A stretch of DNA of 64,000 nt from Microgenomates group bacterium GW2011_GWC1_46_15 (GCA_001002285.1 LCLX01000003.1:76915-140914), one strand, 5' to 3'. Positions 29,163 to 37,645 are shown, counted from the first letter of the stretch. The notes: generated by a model from the sequence alone, not told the origin. A program made the numbers and translations.

Positions 29163-30422
29163 ATGACATTAAAACCAAAAACACGGGCGCTTCTTTTGAT
29201 TGCAGGATCGCTGTTGACTGTGATTCTTGTCGTTGCGACCGTGATTATTTCTCTGCGGTTGAAAAATCAAGGCAGCCGATCGGTAACCCCAACAACACCG
29301 GAATCAAAACCTTCCGCGGATGTTACCGCGTCATGCGCGCTTACGTTTACAGTGGGAACGCAACTTATTCAATGTGATGTTCCAACTATATACAAAAATG
29401 ATTCTCGGAATAGTTCTGGAATATATTTTACTTCTCCTAATGACATTATTGACCCAACAAAAACAAATTTTTCTCCTGGACAAATAATAGTTCTTAAGCT
29501 TCCCATAAAAAATGAAGAAGATGATTTGGAGTATCCAACTGCCGCATGGACTGATGTATTAAGTACACAGCTAACATTTGTTGACGGTGGTAGTGGATGT
29601 ACATACGAACAATCTAATCGTACTGTCACATGCCACACCGGAAATATGCTTTCTTCTTTTATGAGCTGGTTTCGTGTCCGTATAAATGATAGTGCAACTG
29701 GAAAAATAACAAATACTGCAACTATTACCCCGGGAGGATCCGACCCAAGTTCCTGTAGTGTTGAAATTACCATTAGTAGTGCCCCCACCCCGACGCCCAC
29801 TCCAACGCTTGACGCCGGTTTCCTCGTCCAAAAATTCAATGATAAAAATAATAATAAGGCGCGCGATAGCGGTGAAGCAGGTTTGGATTGGGACTTCGAG
29901 TGGAAACTCAATGGCGATAACAACTTCCGCGCGTATCAAACGTATGTCGACAAAAACGGTGAAGGTGGTCGCGTTGGTGGGCTGAAAGACGGTGACAAAG
30001 TCCACATCCGCGAAAAAAGTAAGAGTGGTTGGAGCGCGACAAACGGCACCGAGCAAACATTTACCGTCAAACTTGGTGAAACATATGTTGCATATTTTGG
30101 AAACCGCCAACCAACAACGGTTGGGTGCAACAATAGCTGTTCTGCAGATACTGATTGTGCCTCCGGACTCTTCTGTTCCAAAGCAACTGGCTCCACAAGT
30201 GGCGTGTGCCGCAACAATGCGTGTGTAAACAAAACAAACTGTACGTGTGATGTTGTTACCTCAACCTCAACACCAACAACGATCGTAAAAGCTTCTCCTA
30301 CTCCGACTTCAGTGCCCGAAGCGCCTCTGCCAGAAGCAGGTTCAACCGGTCAATCAATACTGTTATTCCTCGGCGGAACCACGATGACGGTTCTTGGAGT
30401 TATTGGACTGCTTGCGCTGTAG
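29163..30422 (+). CDS. Secreted/surface protein with a C-terminal LPEAGSTGQ + TM segment
   Basis: N-terminal signal-anchor. TPTPTPT linker and a Cys-rich knot. C-terminus PLPEAGSTGQSILLFLGGTTMTVLGVIGLLAL. Confidence 0.55.
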   Translation: MTLKPKTRALLLIAGSLLTVILVVATVIISLRLKNQGSRSVTPTTPESKPSADVTASCALTFTVGTQLIQCDVPTIYKNDSRNSSGIYFTSPNDIIDPTKTNFSPGQIIVLKLPIKNEEDDLEYPTAAWTDVLSTQLTFVDGGSGCTYEQSNRTVTCHTGNMLSSFMSWFRVRINDSATGKITNTATITPGGSDPSSCSVEITISSAPTPTPTPTLDAGFLVQKFNDKNNNKARDSGEAGLDWDFEWKLNGDNNFRAYQTYVDKNGEGGRVGGLKDGDKVHIREKSKSGWSATNGTEQTFTVKLGETYVAYFGNRQPTTVGCNNSCSADTDCASGLFCSKATGSTSGVCRNNACVNKTNCTCDVVTSTSTPTTIVKASPTPTSVPEAPLPEAGSTGQSILLFLGGTTMTVLGVIGLLAL

Positions 30423-30447
30423 TTTCACACCGCTATTGTTGAAAGAG

Positions 30448-30654
30448 TTATACCGCTTTCCGCAACATCTTTTTCAGCCTAAGACCGCCGTACACATTTT
30501 TCGCGCCTGTTTGCGGATCCCGAGCGACAATGCGGAGCGACTCATCATCGTCAAGTGGAACGTCTGCTAATTTTTCGAGTTGAAAGAATGTTTCCCAAAA
30601 CTCGTCATCGCGCTGTTTGTCCAAAAGATCGTTTTTCATATGTAGTCTATTCAT
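30448..30654 (-). CDS. Hypothetical small acidic protein (68 aa)
   Basis: ORF preceded by the conserved hairpin repeat. No motif. Confidence 0.3.
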   Translation of the reverse strand: MNRLHMKNDLLDKQRDDEFWETFFQLEKLADVPLDDDESLRIVARDPQTGAKNVYGGLRLKKMLRKAV

Positions 30655-30676
30655 GCCTGCGAGAAATCATCTTTTT

Positions 30677-30727
30677 GAGGAACTCAGGGTTCGGGGTCCC
30701 CTGGAGACGAAAAAAGATGATCTCGAG
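30677..30727. repeat. Conserved hairpin-forming intergenic repeat, copy 1 (GAGGAACUCAGGG-N4-GGGUCCYCUGGAGACGAAAA)
   Basis: About 85% identical to 41205-41256. Imperfect inverted repeat CUCAGGG...CCCUgGAG. Lies immediately 3' of the tRNA on the minus strand. Confidence 0.6.
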
Positions 30728-30733
30728 CGTATG

Positions 30734-30806
30734 TGGGAGCGCTTGGATTTGAACCAAGAACCTTGAAGGTATAAGCTTCCTGCGCTAACCGTTGCGCCAC
30801 GCTCCC
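30734..30806 (-). tRNA. tRNA-Ile (anticodon UAU), no encoded CCA
   Basis: Hand-folded cloverleaf. Acceptor GGGAGCG/CGCTCCC, D-arm GCGC-AACGGTTA-GCGC, anticodon arm GGAAG-CTTATAC-CTTCA (U33, UAU, A37), T-arm CTTGG-TTCAAAT-CCAAG, discriminator A73. Confidence 0.75.
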
Positions 30807-30851
30807 ATCTGGTGTAGTGTACCATGCTTCGTCTAGTGTTATGGATGAAAT

Positions 30852-30865
30852 GGGTAGGTCGGGTC
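30852..30865 (+). promoter_or_regulatory. Recurrent intergenic motif GGGTAGGTCGGGTC, copy B (about -60 relative to the 30912 gene)
   Basis: See copy A; same position relative to a leaderless promoter. Confidence 0.5.
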
Positions 30866-30876
30866 CTCCCTTTTCG

Positions 30877-30905
30877 TTGACGTTCTTGTTCTAACATGTT
30901 AGTAT
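30877..30905 (+). promoter_or_regulatory. Sigma70-like promoter (-35 TTGACG, 17 bp spacer, -10 TAGTAT) placing the TSS at the ATG of the 30912 gene, i.e. a leaderless mRNA
   Basis: Spacing read directly. No SD between the -10 and the ATG. Confidence 0.5.
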
Positions 30906-30911
30906 TTCAGT

Positions 30912-31193
30912 ATGAATAAAAAAATTCGTACACAAAATATTATTAAAGTCGGGAATAGCCTCGCCGTTACATTGGATAAAGCCTTTGTTGACGCCTACAA
31001 ATTAAAAGCAAAACAGCAGGTTTACATACTTTATACTCAGTATCCCCCGCGAATTATTGTGAAACCCGATTTTTCTCAAGGACCATCACTCACTCAGTCC
31101 GATATAGAAAAATTGCCAAAAGAGTTCCGTAATTGGGTGAAAAAATTCCTCAAGGAAGATCACGAAGCTCTTAAGGCTTTAACACATCTATAG
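30912..31193 (+). CDS. AbrB/MazE-like swapped-hairpin DNA-binding protein (putative)
   Basis: IKVGNSLAVTLDKAFVD motif resembles AbrB/SpoVT-type domains. 93 aa. Confidence 0.4.
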   Translation: MNKKIRTQNIIKVGNSLAVTLDKAFVDAYKLKAKQQVYILYTQYPPRIIVKPDFSQGPSLTQSDIEKLPKEFRNWVKKFLKEDHEALKALTHL

Positions 31194-33521
31194 TTTCGCC
31201 CGCACCGTAATTTCCGCCTCAACAATCTCCTTGTGCTTTCCGTACTTCAACAGTGACAACTCCTTAATCATCTCCGCAACTTTGGGGTTCTTCATTGCAT
31301 TTTCTTTCGTCATATCTCGAGTCAAATCCATACTAAATGCTGGCACCGGTTCATTATTCACAATTGTCTTGGTATATACATGGAATCGCTCAATATTGGT
31401 CAAATCGCTCTCATTAAACACTGGAGCAAACTCGTGTTGCAAAAAGTTTGCGTCCGGCACACCAATGCGGAAACTAATCAATGTACCGACGTTGCCAAAC
31501 ACCGCGTTCTTTACGTCTTCCTCGATCTGCGCGACAAACTGGTTTGCCACGATGAGGTTCAATTTGTACTTGCGGGCTTCGGACAAAATTGTCGCAAAAT
31601 CTTGTGTTGCAAAGTTTTGGAACTCATCAACATAGAGATAAAAGTCGCGGCGTTGCTCGAGCGGAACGTTAACACGCGACATAGCGGCTGCCAAAATCTT
31701 TGGCACCATAATCAAGCCCAAAAACTTGGCATCTTCTTCTCCAAGCGCACCTTTGGACAAGTTCACGAGTAAAATCTTGCCCTCATCCATCACTTCGCGT
31801 AGATTAAACGCGGACTTGCTCTGGCCGATAATGTTGCGCATTGTTTTGTTCGTGATAAACCGGCCAAACTTGGACACGATGTAGTCAAGCACCTCCGACT
31901 TATGGAAGTCGCTTGTTTGGGCAATTTGGTCGGTCCAGTACCGGCGCACAACGGGGTCTTTCACTTTTGGCAGTAAATCCTGCAAGAACTTGCTGTCCGT
32001 CAGCACGCGCACCAACTCAATAAACGTGCTTCCCGGCTCGGCCATGATCGTGAGCATAGCGTTGCGGATCGCGTGTTCAAACCGCGGGCCAATGATACCG
32101 GTTTTGTGTGGATCGTAGAGTTTGTACATCAGCCCAATAATCGAGCCAGCCACAAAGTGCATCTGTTCTTCGGTTTCTGCTTCCATCATGTTCAAACCCA
32201 TAGGACGGTCGGTGTTTGACGGGTTAAAGTAAATAACATCCTCCGCGCGCTCGGGCGGCATGAGCAAGAGTAAATCCTCAACGAGGTCGCCGTGCGGATC
32301 AATCACCGCCATACCTTTGCCCGCGCGGATATCCTGCAATACCATGTCTTTCAAAAACTCAGACTTCCCGGCGCCGGTTTTACCAACAATGTACATGTGG
32401 CGCTGGCGGTCTTTTTCGGCAATATAAATATTGCGTGAGGAACCGCGGTACACACTGCGCCCCAAGAACAGGCCGGAGGTCGGGATTTCGGAAGGAGCCG
32501 GCGCGTTTTTCGCTTTGAGCCAATAAATATGGTGCGTTTCAACCGTTTTGTTCGGGAAGTGGATCATCGTCGCTAACTCTTCGCTGTTGAACACCGTAAC
32601 GCCCCGGCCAAACAACGGCATGTACCGGTAAATGAAGTCAATCATGAAGAGATGTTTGAACCAAATACGGGTCTTTTTGAGATGATTGTGCGCAGACGAG
32701 TACTGCGCGAACGACCCCACAATGTTTGTGAGGTGCGAGTTTGCCGCCATCGCGCTGGTTGAAGAAACAACGATGCGGATTGCAGTTCGGAAACCGGATT
32801 TGCCAAGTTTCGTGTCGATAGAGTCCAAAGACTTGGGATCGTGTGTATAGCTCGCCTTCTCGGGATCTGCTTCTTTTTTCTTTGTTGAAGCAAGGTAACT
32901 TGCACCACGTCTCTGCCATCCTTCACCCGCGGGCTGGAGAACATACTGCACAATCGCCCCCTCCCCCTGCTGCATCTTGGAAAGCGCCGATGTTAACAGC
33001 GATAATCCGTCGGTTGGCAACTCTTTAAATGTTTTAATCGGGAAAAACTCAGACTCTTTGAGTGTGAGCGCAGCAAACGCGACTTTGCCTCCCTCGCTGA
33101 AAATATTTGGTTCATCAACTTCATTGATTTCCGCGCCCGGATATGCCCCATTGATCTGTTTTTCAATCAAGTCGCGCAAGTTCCGCGGACAGGTAAAGTA
33201 AAACTTGATTTCATCGTGAAGCGCGATCACTTCGAACGCGAAGTGGTCTTCGGCGTGGAGAAAATGGAAAAATCCTGATTTCTTTAACGAGTGAAGCGAG
33301 GCAAACATCTGTTCAGCCGCGTCAATTTTAATTTCGTTGTCTTTTGGAAGCGCGACCAACAAATGAATGAACTGCAGACTGTACTCCTCACGGTCGCGGT
33401 GCTTCCACCACTGGATAAATGCATACACAAACGCCGCGAAAAGCGCCACACTCAGCACAAGCACTACTACCGTACTCAATAATGCGGTCATCCGAACGAC
33501 AAAAAGATCAAGTTGATTCAT
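31188..33521 (-). CDS. Membrane-anchored P-loop ATPase of the HerA/FtsK/VirD4 (T4CP-like, DUF87-like) superfamily
   Basis: N-terminal TM. Walker A IVGKTGAGKS followed by VIDPHGDL. Walker B LYVDEFQNF. 777 aa. Confidence 0.55.
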   Translation of the reverse strand: MNQLDLFVVRMTALLSTVVVLVLSVALFAAFVYAFIQWWKHRDREEYSLQFIHLLVALPKDNEIKIDAAEQMFASLHSLKKSGFFHFLHAEDHFAFEVIALHDEIKFYFTCPRNLRDLIEKQINGAYPGAEINEVDEPNIFSEGGKVAFAALTLKESEFFPIKTFKELPTDGLSLLTSALSKMQQGEGAIVQYVLQPAGEGWQRRGASYLASTKKKEADPEKASYTHDPKSLDSIDTKLGKSGFRTAIRIVVSSTSAMAANSHLTNIVGSFAQYSSAHNHLKKTRIWFKHLFMIDFIYRYMPLFGRGVTVFNSEELATMIHFPNKTVETHHIYWLKAKNAPAPSEIPTSGLFLGRSVYRGSSRNIYIAEKDRQRHMYIVGKTGAGKSEFLKDMVLQDIRAGKGMAVIDPHGDLVEDLLLLMPPERAEDVIYFNPSNTDRPMGLNMMEAETEEQMHFVAGSIIGLMYKLYDPHKTGIIGPRFEHAIRNAMLTIMAEPGSTFIELVRVLTDSKFLQDLLPKVKDPVVRRYWTDQIAQTSDFHKSEVLDYIVSKFGRFITNKTMRNIIGQSKSAFNLREVMDEGKILLVNLSKGALGEEDAKFLGLIMVPKILAAAMSRVNVPLEQRRDFYLYVDEFQNFATQDFATILSEARKYKLNLIVANQFVAQIEEDVKNAVFGNVGTLISFRIGVPDANFLQHEFAPVFNESDLTNIERFHVYTKTIVNNEPVPAFSMDLTRDMTKENAMKNPKVAEMIKELSLLKYGKHKEIVEAEITVRAKL

Positions 33522-33533
33522 ATGTTTCTATAT

Positions 33534-34052
33534 CTACGCGATTCTCCGGTACACCACCATTCCTTTAAACTTTTTCATCACACGGATACACCACTCCGCA
33601 AGCCACCGTACGCTGTCTGTCACGCTTTTTGTGACACCCGTTTGGATACCGGATTGCGTGAGCGGGAGCACAATGACCGGCTGCGCCGCGTAGTCTCCCG
33701 TTGGCATGGTTGCCGTTTTGTCTGCCACCACCACTTGTTTTGGCGCGGTAATCTCGTGCGACTCCACTTTTTCCATCCACGTTTCAAGCTCTGGCGGAAG
33801 TTCTGCTGATCTTTCCGATTCAACAATCTGAGCCCCGGGGACTTCCTTTACTAATGTGTCAAGACCGCCCGTCGCGGTGCGTTCTTTTGTACCACTCGTT
33901 TTCCCGCTTACTGCTCCAAGAGGGTTTAATGGGTCAGTTGTTGCGGTTGACTGCAGTACGGCGTTCGCCAAACTGTCGTCTTGCACAATAGCTTGAGGTG
34001 TTTGCGGTGGTGCCTGTGATGTTTGTGGTTGATTCTGGGCAGAGTCCGGCAT
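33534..34052 (-). CDS. Hypothetical protein, low complexity (Gln/Thr/Pro-rich)
   Basis: ORF only. Lies between the cobO-like gene and the T4CP-like gene on the same strand. Confidence 0.3.
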   Translation of the reverse strand: MPDSAQNQPQTSQAPPQTPQAIVQDDSLANAVLQSTATTDPLNPLGAVSGKTSGTKERTATGGLDTLVKEVPGAQIVESERSAELPPELETWMEKVESHEITAPKQVVVADKTATMPTGDYAAQPVIVLPLTQSGIQTGVTKSVTDSVRWLAEWCIRVMKKFKGMVVYRRIA

Positions 34053-34064
34053 GGAATCACTATA

Positions 34065-34652
34065 TCAGAAATCGAGTCCCTTGACAGCGAGTTTTCCCGC
34101 GTCAAAAGGATGTTTTTCTTTCTGAATCACACTCACGAGATCCGCAACTTTCTTTAAGCCAGCCGAGGCATTCCGGCCGGTCAATACAACGTGCGTTTTC
34201 CCTCGCTGTTTAAGCAGTTCCAATACATCGCTTTCCTTTAGTAATTTATCGTGGACCGCGTTGCACACTTCATCAAGAAATAAAACATCAATATGTTGAA
34301 GAAGAAGCGCGCGGACTTTCTCCAGCGCCTCGTGGGCAGCACGACGGTGCTGGGCTGGCGTATCATCATCAACAATCACACTTGATTGTGCGCGGACGGT
34401 TCTAACCGCTCCATGTTGCTGGACTGACCTCAGATAAAATCCCTTGCCCATCGGGAAGAAAAGGAGCCGTTTTTTTGCCGAAGTATTCAGAATTTCGCTA
34501 AGGTGGTGCTCGTTAATCCCCCACCGCTTTTCTTTGTACCAACTCACCCATCCCACACTCCATCCATTGGTTAGCGCGCGCAAAAGCATTCCAAGCGCCG
34601 CGCTCGTTTTTCCTTTGCCATCACCCGTAAATATGTAGATTAAACCGGACAT
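34065..34652 (-). CDS. cobO: Cob(I)yrinic acid a,c-diamide / cob(I)alamin adenosyltransferase (CobA/CobO/BtuR family)
   Basis: P-loop IFTGDGKGKTSAALGMLLRA matches the CobA GNGKGKTTAA signature. About 195 aa. Confidence 0.75.
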   Translation of the reverse strand: MSGLIYIFTGDGKGKTSAALGMLLRALTNGWSVGWVSWYKEKRWGINEHHLSEILNTSAKKRLLFFPMGKGFYLRSVQQHGAVRTVRAQSSVIVDDDTPAQHRRAAHEALEKVRALLLQHIDVLFLDEVCNAVHDKLLKESDVLELLKQRGKTHVVLTGRNASAGLKKVADLVSVIQKEKHPFDAGKLAVKGLDF

Positions 34653-34703
34653 ATCACACACTCCGTGGTAGAAATGAGAATGCGACGCCATTGTATGCCG
34701 AAG

Positions 34704-36299
34704 TTATTGCGCGAACAAGCCTCGGAAGACTCTGTAGTACCAGGGAGTCTGCTGGCTTCCTCCTGGAATCGTTCTTGGAACAGGAATGTACCGTATTGGG
34801 TTATACCAGGGTAACGGAGTGGGTGTTGTGACTTGCTTTGTTGTTGGTTTTGATGTTGGTTTCGGTGTCGCACACACTCCGCTGTATGAAACTTTTACTC
34901 CGTTTTGTTCTGCCGTACACGCATTGCTATATGTTCTGCCGTCCGCACCACATACAGGCATGTATTCCTGCGAACATACTCCATTTGTTAATGGTGTGGA
35001 AATCGGTGTTGCGTATGGGTACGGTGTGGCATAAGGGTACGGAGTCGCGTACGGAGGATATGGCGTAGTGTATGGGTACGGTGTGGCATATGGAGGGTAT
35101 GGCGTAGCGTATGGATATGGAGTGGTGTATGGATAAGGTGTTGATAACGGCGGAGGTGTTACAAGAATCGGCGTTGCATACGGACGGGAAGTTGCATACG
35201 GATATGGTGTGACTGGTGGACGAGGAGAAGGACACATAAGTACCGGCTCGCAAGGAGCTTTTATACACGTAACCTGTGCGTAGTAACATCCACTCGATGT
35301 GGGAGTAGCTTTTGATGTTGGAAGAGGGCTCGATATTGGAGTAGGCATTGGGGTAGATTGCGGAGTCGCTCTTGGTGTTGAAATCGGAGTAGCGGATGTT
35401 GTTAACTTCGACAAATCAACCTCAACGACCGTACTAGGGAGAATACCCATCACTTTTTGGCTGACTATTTTTGTACTCATTCTCACTGGAGGAGCTTGAG
35501 TTTTTGGAACCGCGGCAAGATCTGAGGCGGCGTATACCATAACGAGAGGCAATCGGGTGTGCAACGCCACCTGAACAGCCGCATCTTTAGCATTCTTTAC
35601 ACGCCCTTTGAGTGTTACCACATTTTTTACCACTGTTATCCCGTCAAAAGCAAAGAAATCGTACAACGCCCCCTTTGTCATAACAAAACCACTCCCCTTG
35701 TAGACCACGGACTCTGTTGATGGAGGTGATGAGGGTGGAGTCGTTCGTTGTTGCGAAGATGGTGTTTTTCCGTCTTCAACAGCTACCGCTGCGTATACCG
35801 GTTGGACTACACTTATTGGTTTTGTCGTTTCTATCGAGATACTTGCCTCAACGGAAGTAATCGTGATGTTTTTGTTTAGCTGAGACGCCTCCATATACAG
35901 AGCTTGTCCGGTCCCGTATTGGGGAGATGGCTTCTCTGCTTCCGTTATTTCTATTTTTGCGGATTGATCTGCGCTTGCTTGTGATCGATTATCAGTGGGA
36001 ACTTGTAGAAGATCCAGTCCGACAATACCACCAGAAATAATAATGGCCGCGGTTATACCCCCAATCAGATAATTTTTTATAATGTTTGAAGATGGACCAG
36101 TGGTTTTTGGTTGAGGTTCCGGAGTGGGTTCTATAACGGGTTCAACTGGTTGGATTGGTGCTATTTCTGGGGCTGGCGATACTACTGGTGGAGCAGGAAT
36201 TGAAGCATCAACGGGAGACAAAGAGCTCTCGGGTACTAGATGTTGTGGGCTGGAGTTTGGATCTACGGGCACTTGCCCGGAGAGTACTGGATCGTCCAT
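34704..36299 (-). CDS. Type II membrane/surface protein with Pro-rich N-terminus, PYPYATP tandem repeats and a C-terminal Kazal-type domain
   Basis: TM GGITAAIIISGGIVGL after a Pro-rich N-terminus. Repeats (A/T)TPYP(P)Y x about 9. C-terminal CSQEYMPVCGADGRTYSNACTAEQNGVKVSYSGVC fits the Kazal consensus PVCG[SA]DGxTYxNxC...C. Confidence 0.6.
   Translation of the reverse strand: MDDPVLSGQVPVDPNSSPQHLVPESSLSPVDASIPAPPVVSPAPEIAPIQPVEPVIEPTPEPQPKTTGPSSNIIKNYLIGGITAAIIISGGIVGLDLLQVPTDNRSQASADQSAKIEITEAEKPSPQYGTGQALYMEASQLNKNITITSVEASISIETTKPISVVQPVYAAVAVEDGKTPSSQQRTTPPSSPPSTESVVYKGSGFVMTKGALYDFFAFDGITVVKNVVTLKGRVKNAKDAAVQVALHTRLPLVMVYAASDLAAVPKTQAPPVRMSTKIVSQKVMGILPSTVVEVDLSKLTTSATPISTPRATPQSTPMPTPISSPLPTSKATPTSSGCYYAQVTCIKAPCEPVLMCPSPRPPVTPYPYATSRPYATPILVTPPPLSTPYPYTTPYPYATPYPPYATPYPYTTPYPPYATPYPYATPYPYATPISTPLTNGVCSQEYMPVCGADGRTYSNACTAEQNGVKVSYSGVCATPKPTSKPTTKQVTTPTPLPWYNPIRYIPVPRTIPGGSQQTPWYYRVFRGLFAQ
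35000..35260. repeat. Coding tandem repeat (about 24-27 nt units, Tyr/Pro-rich) within the 34704-36299 gene
   Basis: Repeated tatgggtacggtgtggcata / tatggcgtagYgtatgg units are visible in the nucleotide sequence. Confidence 0.7.
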
Positions 36300-36400
36300 C
36301 TCGTTTCAGCATTGCACATCTTTTTGGACAAAGCAAATCATCACGGAGCATTCCCGCATCATTCACGCAGAATCACCGCATCTCGAGGAGAATCAATCTA

Positions 36401-37030
36401 TTATTGACGATATCCCGTCTTTTCGAACACACTCTCCTCTATATTTACATCAACTTGCACACCAAGATCTTCCAGCATATCGCGCACAGTCATAATGGGA
36501 AAACCAACCACATTCATCGCGCTCCCCCGAACCCCTTCAACAAAGTCTTTTGCCGTCCCCTGCAGGGCATATCCACCAGCCTTGTCATACGGTTCACTAG
36601 TGGCAATGTATTTCTCGAGCGTAGTATTGGAAAAACGTGTAAACGTCACATCGCTCCGCACAACTTCCGTCCGCTTCTCCCCCGTTTCACCATCGTGCAT
36701 CACAACCGCAGTAAAGACCTGATGTGTTCTTCCTCTCAGGGTTGAAAGCATAACACGTGCGTCATCCAAGTTTTTTGGTTTTCCATATGCTTTACCATCC
36801 AAAAAAACAGTGGTGTCCGCACCAATGACGATTGCATCGGGGTGGCGTTTTTCAACGGTTAACACTTTCCCTAAAGCGATCGTTGAAACGTAGTCTTCCG
36901 GATCATCAAAGTCTGAAAACCGCACCGATTCCTCTGGAAAATCGCTGACATCAATCTCAAAAGGAATGCCGAGCCACTTTAGAATTTCCTGCCGGCGGAA
37001 CGAGCTGGAAGCAAGTACAAGATGTTTCAT
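36401..37030 (-). CDS. maf: Maf-like nucleoside triphosphate pyrophosphatase / septum formation protein
   Basis: LVLASSSFRRQEIL N-terminal Maf signature. Start at MKHLVLASSS. Confidence 0.8.
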   Translation of the reverse strand: MKHLVLASSSFRRQEILKWLGIPFEIDVSDFPEESVRFSDFDDPEDYVSTIALGKVLTVEKRHPDAIVIGADTTVFLDGKAYGKPKNLDDARVMLSTLRGRTHQVFTAVVMHDGETGEKRTEVVRSDVTFTRFSNTTLEKYIATSEPYDKAGGYALQGTAKDFVEGVRGSAMNVVGFPIMTVRDMLEDLGVQVDVNIEESVFEKTGYRQ

Positions 37031-37090
37031 CATTTGGTATATTTTGGTATACTTTGGTGTGTTCAGTATTGTATATGAAAGGAGTGATGT

Positions 37091-37645
37091 ATGACAATTT
37101 CTTTTAAACATTCTCTTGCTATTTCCACCATTGTTGTCTTCTTGTCTTTGGGAGTATCATCCGCCCTTGCTACAGAAAATGCTTCCCCAAGTCCAAAAAC
37201 ACGCATCAGAGAAAAGGCTGAGGAGAGACTAGAAAAACAGCAAGAAAAAAGAGAAGAAATTTCTGATCGGAAATCAGTCAATTTGGAAAAGCACTGTACC
37301 GCAATTCAGTCCGGTTTTACAAACATTATCTCAAGAATAAACAGTAGAATTGAAAAACAAAAAGCAGAAGGACGGGATGCCACAATCGCTTCTCAACATG
37401 TTGCGTCCGCTCAAACAGCGCTTGACTCCGCGGTTTCACTCTGCAAACAATCGGTTGCAAAGTTTGACTCTGTTCCTGCTAACAGTTGGGCAACACAAAA
37501 AAGCATTATTCAAGAAGCCCGCTTACTTGCAAAACAGGCACACGATCAGTTTGTGGCCGCGCGGAAAAGCGTTGTTGCAGCAATTCGTGCGCTCAACACA
37601 ACGCGTAAAGATAACAAGACAAACACAACGGAAGGAGAAAAATGA
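37091..37645 (+). CDS. Hypothetical secreted coiled-coil protein
   Basis: Signal peptide then a charged helical sequence. No motif. Confidence 0.35.
   Translation: MTISFKHSLAISTIVVFLSLGVSSALATENASPSPKTRIREKAEERLEKQQEKREEISDRKSVNLEKHCTAIQSGFTNIISRINSRIEKQKAEGRDATIASQHVASAQTALDSAVSLCKQSVAKFDSVPANSWATQKSIIQEARLLAKQAHDQFVAARKSVVAAIRALNTTRKDNKTNTTEGEK

Noticed and set aside
25602-30422. Looked for a cognate sortase (TLxTC), exosortase or rhombosortase gene near the [LI]PxAG-STGQ proteins.
   Set aside because: None found in this window. The nearest candidate processing enzyme, the CPBP-like protease at 46898-47578, is 16 kb away, so no enzyme-substrate pairing is claimed.
31188-33521. Integrative/conjugative element or prophage around the T4CP-like ATPase and tRNA-Ile.
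   Set aside because: No relaxase, integrase, capsid, terminase or portal genes in the neighbourhood. The flanking genes are surface proteins and housekeeping genes.
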